Assembly (NCBI GenBank): GCA_051362555.1
Contig: CM120646.1
Location: forward strand, 15,314,001-15,378,000
From: Lingula anatina
Lineage: Eukaryota; Animalia; Brachiopoda
Length of the DNA stretch: 64,000 nt
Reading direction: 5' to 3'
The notes below the pieces were generated by a model, which saw only the letters and a list, made by a program, of their open reading frames with translations, was not told the origin of the DNA and made no database searches. The position numbers were made by a program, and so were the translations under genes. Every line of letters begins with the position of its first letter. Within the stretch, counting starts at the first letter, position 1. This document shows, piece after piece, positions 61,301 to 64,000 of the stretch.

Positions 61301-63964
61301 CGTACTGAAATTCCTTACCAGGTTTGACTCTTCACACGGCTTGCTGACATTTGCCGACCAATTTCTCCAAATTTCCACCTCCCTTCCTACACAGTATATC
61401 TACGGCCTAGGAGAGCACAGGGACAGTCTGCTGCACGATGCCACGAAGCCTCACACATTTGGCTTCTACGCCAGGGACCAGCCACCTTCTGTAAGTCGTC
61501 TTCTAGACAACTGCTAAGGGAATACTTTTTCTTTTTTCCTTTCTTTCTTTAGTTTTTTATCTGTATTTCAAACAGTTTTTCCAATTCTTTATTAAACAAA
61601 GACACATTGCACATAAACACTCATACACTCATTTACTTACGCAGTACCAATAAAAACGCCATACAACATATAAAAGACACATTAAGTTTAGTGGCAAACC
61701 GTTAATAATTAAAACTCGACGTGACGAGCAAGTAAAATTAAAATGAAATAAGTAGGATCTCGGGGTCGGCATAATGAAGGATTATTTTATGTAACATAAG
61801 TTTGCTCTTATATATAGAAACGTTGCATTGCAACATTGCAGTTTTTGTTCATTTCCCTAGGAACGTATAAACTTATATGGAGTTCACACACTATATATTG
61901 GTTTGGAGAAAGATGGCAGCGCATTCGGTGTCTTTCTGCTCAACAGCAACGCCATGCGTAAGTCGAGTCAAAGACCTTTATATAAAAATGTTATCAGAAG
62001 CAATATTTGACGTGAATTTGATATCAATGATATGTTATGAAATAAATGAAGCCATGGGAAAAAGACTCATATAGTGCTTGACAAATATGTTGGCCTCTTT
62101 CCGTTAATAAAAATATTATGTTGTAAATCAAAATGCATTTTGGCATTATCAAACAAAACAAAACATTACAGCAACTGGACAAAGTATACTCATTTAAATG
62201 TTTATTTAAATTGGTTAACCAAGCTACTTTCAGTCTGCTTAACCTATTGTTAATACTTAATTGAAGAGGTTGACATGACTCCCGGTTCTCCACCAACATT
62301 GACATATACCACAGTCGGTGGTATTCTGGATTTTTACGTCTTCACCGGCCCCACCCCTAATGACGTCATTGCTCAATACACGGCTGTGATTGGTCGGCCC
62401 ACCTTGCCCCCATATTGGAGTCTCGGGTTTCATCTATGTCGTTGGGGATATGGCGGAACAGATGGTATGAGGAAAGTGATCCAGCGCATGCGTGCTGCAA
62501 AGATGCCTTATGTAAGTGAATTATTTGTAGAGAAAACCTTTTCATTATTTTGTAATTACACGCGAAATCAAGTAAAGAAAGTATCAAAAATAGGAGGGTA
62601 TATTGTTTTACAAAACAATTGCACGTACTTTATATCGTTATCTTTTTAAATATTACGACTTAAAGGTCTTTTTTTAGATAATCTTTTAATTTATACCATC
62701 ATGTAATCTTATCTGTGAAATGAATATATTGAACTTTGTATTTCCTGAGTATTTTCATTAGTAAAGGTAACCAGTGCCAAAGCGTACTATCAAAAGATAG
62801 TTCTCATAAAAGTATTTGATATGAATCATTTGGATTCTTTTTAAACGGAACATGTATTCGAATTTCGTGAGTTTGGCAATGTAAATATAATTTCAGCAAA
62901 AATCAAGAAAACAATTCACCCCATAGACTTTGTCCGAGTATACGACAATTTGAGTTATGTGGTGAAATTACCATTTCGTAATGGAGAGTGTTCATATTAT
63001 TGTAGGCAAAGGGCGCTCGCTAGATTTTTTAACACCTCAGTGGTAAAGCATTACAATTAATTTGGTTTCTTTGAGTTTGTTTTGACACACCTTATTAACG
63101 ATTAAAACGAATGGGCTGGTAAAAAAATATTCTTGATTTCAGGACACCCAGTGGAACGACATCGACTACATGGACATTCACGAGGACTGGAGTTACGACA
63201 AGAAGAACTTCGCTGGACTGCCGGACGTGGTCAAGGATTTACACCAAAATGGCCAACATTACGTCATGATCGTAGTACGTACACTTACTTTGTACAAAAG
63301 AGCGAATGGCAATTCGTTTTTGACACGTTTCATGACTTTCTCGATAAGATTCACTTTGGTTGTATTTATAGCATGCTAAAATATATTTTACTTCTCATAT
63401 ACGTATACAACCATAATATAAGAACACGCCGCTTACTTTCCATAGGACCCCGGTATCAGTAATCAAAAAGGATATGAACCGTACGACAGCGGCGTGAAGG
63501 CGGGAGTTTTTATTATGGATGCCAACGGAACAGCTCCCATCATTGGCAAGGTGGGCTTATATAGACATTGATGTCGATATTGCAAAGCAGTGACAATAAT
63601 AATTACATAGAATATAGCGAAATATAAACATTTACACATCACAATTTGAGAAGATGTATTAGGAAATATTATTGCGATGTTTGTTTGTTTGTTTGTTTGT
63701 TTGTTTCAGAGTAGGCTTGTATTGCAAAGTTCGGGCAAAAATATATAGTGTTTGGCCAGAAAGATCCAGTCTTTATATTACAAAGGTTTTGCCTGTATGA
63801 AATCTACACAATCACATGTATATGTATATAATGTTATGTTTTGCCCCTAGGTATGGCCTGGCACAACAGCATATCCAGACTTCACCAATCCTGCCGCCGT
63901 AGACTACTGGGTTAGAGAAGCCAAGGGTTACCACGACCAGGTCCCATTTGACGGGATATGGTGT
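58329..63964 (+). CDS. GAA: Lysosomal alpha-glucosidase-like GH31 enzyme with trefoil domain; 5' nine exons, continues beyond the window
   Basis: Exons 58329-58938, 59338-59525, 60822-60967, 61322-61490, 61861-61957, 62267-62511, 63143-63274, 63446-63550, 63851-63964. Trefoil [21 protein letters not shown]...APWCFY; YGLGEH; NLYGVH; FLLNSNAM; [12 protein letters not shown]; [15 protein letters not shown]; QWNDIDYM; GKVWPG..YPDFTNP; FDGIW. Confidence 0.94.
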
Positions 63965-64000
63965 GTAAGTGACAAAATTTTGTATTCCTTATGACATAAA

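Noticed and set aside
1-64000. tRNA, rRNA, snRNA, SECIS or horizontally acquired prokaryotic/viral genes
   Set aside because: None recognised by eye. A covariance-model scan (Infernal/tRNAscan) would be needed to exclude small intronic ncRNAs.

Overview
AT-rich, intron-containing animal genomic DNA. The gene families and transposon types suggest an invertebrate, possibly a lophotrochozoan, but the species cannot be determined. Manual GT-AG splicing gives seven protein-coding genes: (1) the last three exons of an ACE-like M2 peptidase (+); (2) a complete tandem paralog with 13 exons and 652 aa (+); (3) AARSD1/AlaX with 13 coding exons and 412 aa (-); (4) a very large MBD5-like MBD+PWWP gene of about 3010 aa (+), head-to-head with AARSD1; (5, 6) a tail-to-tail pair of GAL3ST-family sulfotransferases; (7) the 5' part of a trefoil+GH31 lysosomal alpha-glucosidase-like gene (+). 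Non-coding DNA holds MITEs with recognisable TIRs/TSDs, Helentron-associated (HINE/DINE-1-like) elements, a ~153-bp satellite and a decayed Tc1-like transposase. I see no prokaryotic-type system, CRISPR array or RNA gene. The best leads are the remodelled substrate pocket of the second ACE paralog, an RFX X-box cluster inside the MBD5 coding exon just upstream of an internal Met, and an ACE duplication breakpoint that captured the last codons of AARSD1. None is shown to be a new system. All family assignments and residue numbers come from recalled sequences, not database searches.
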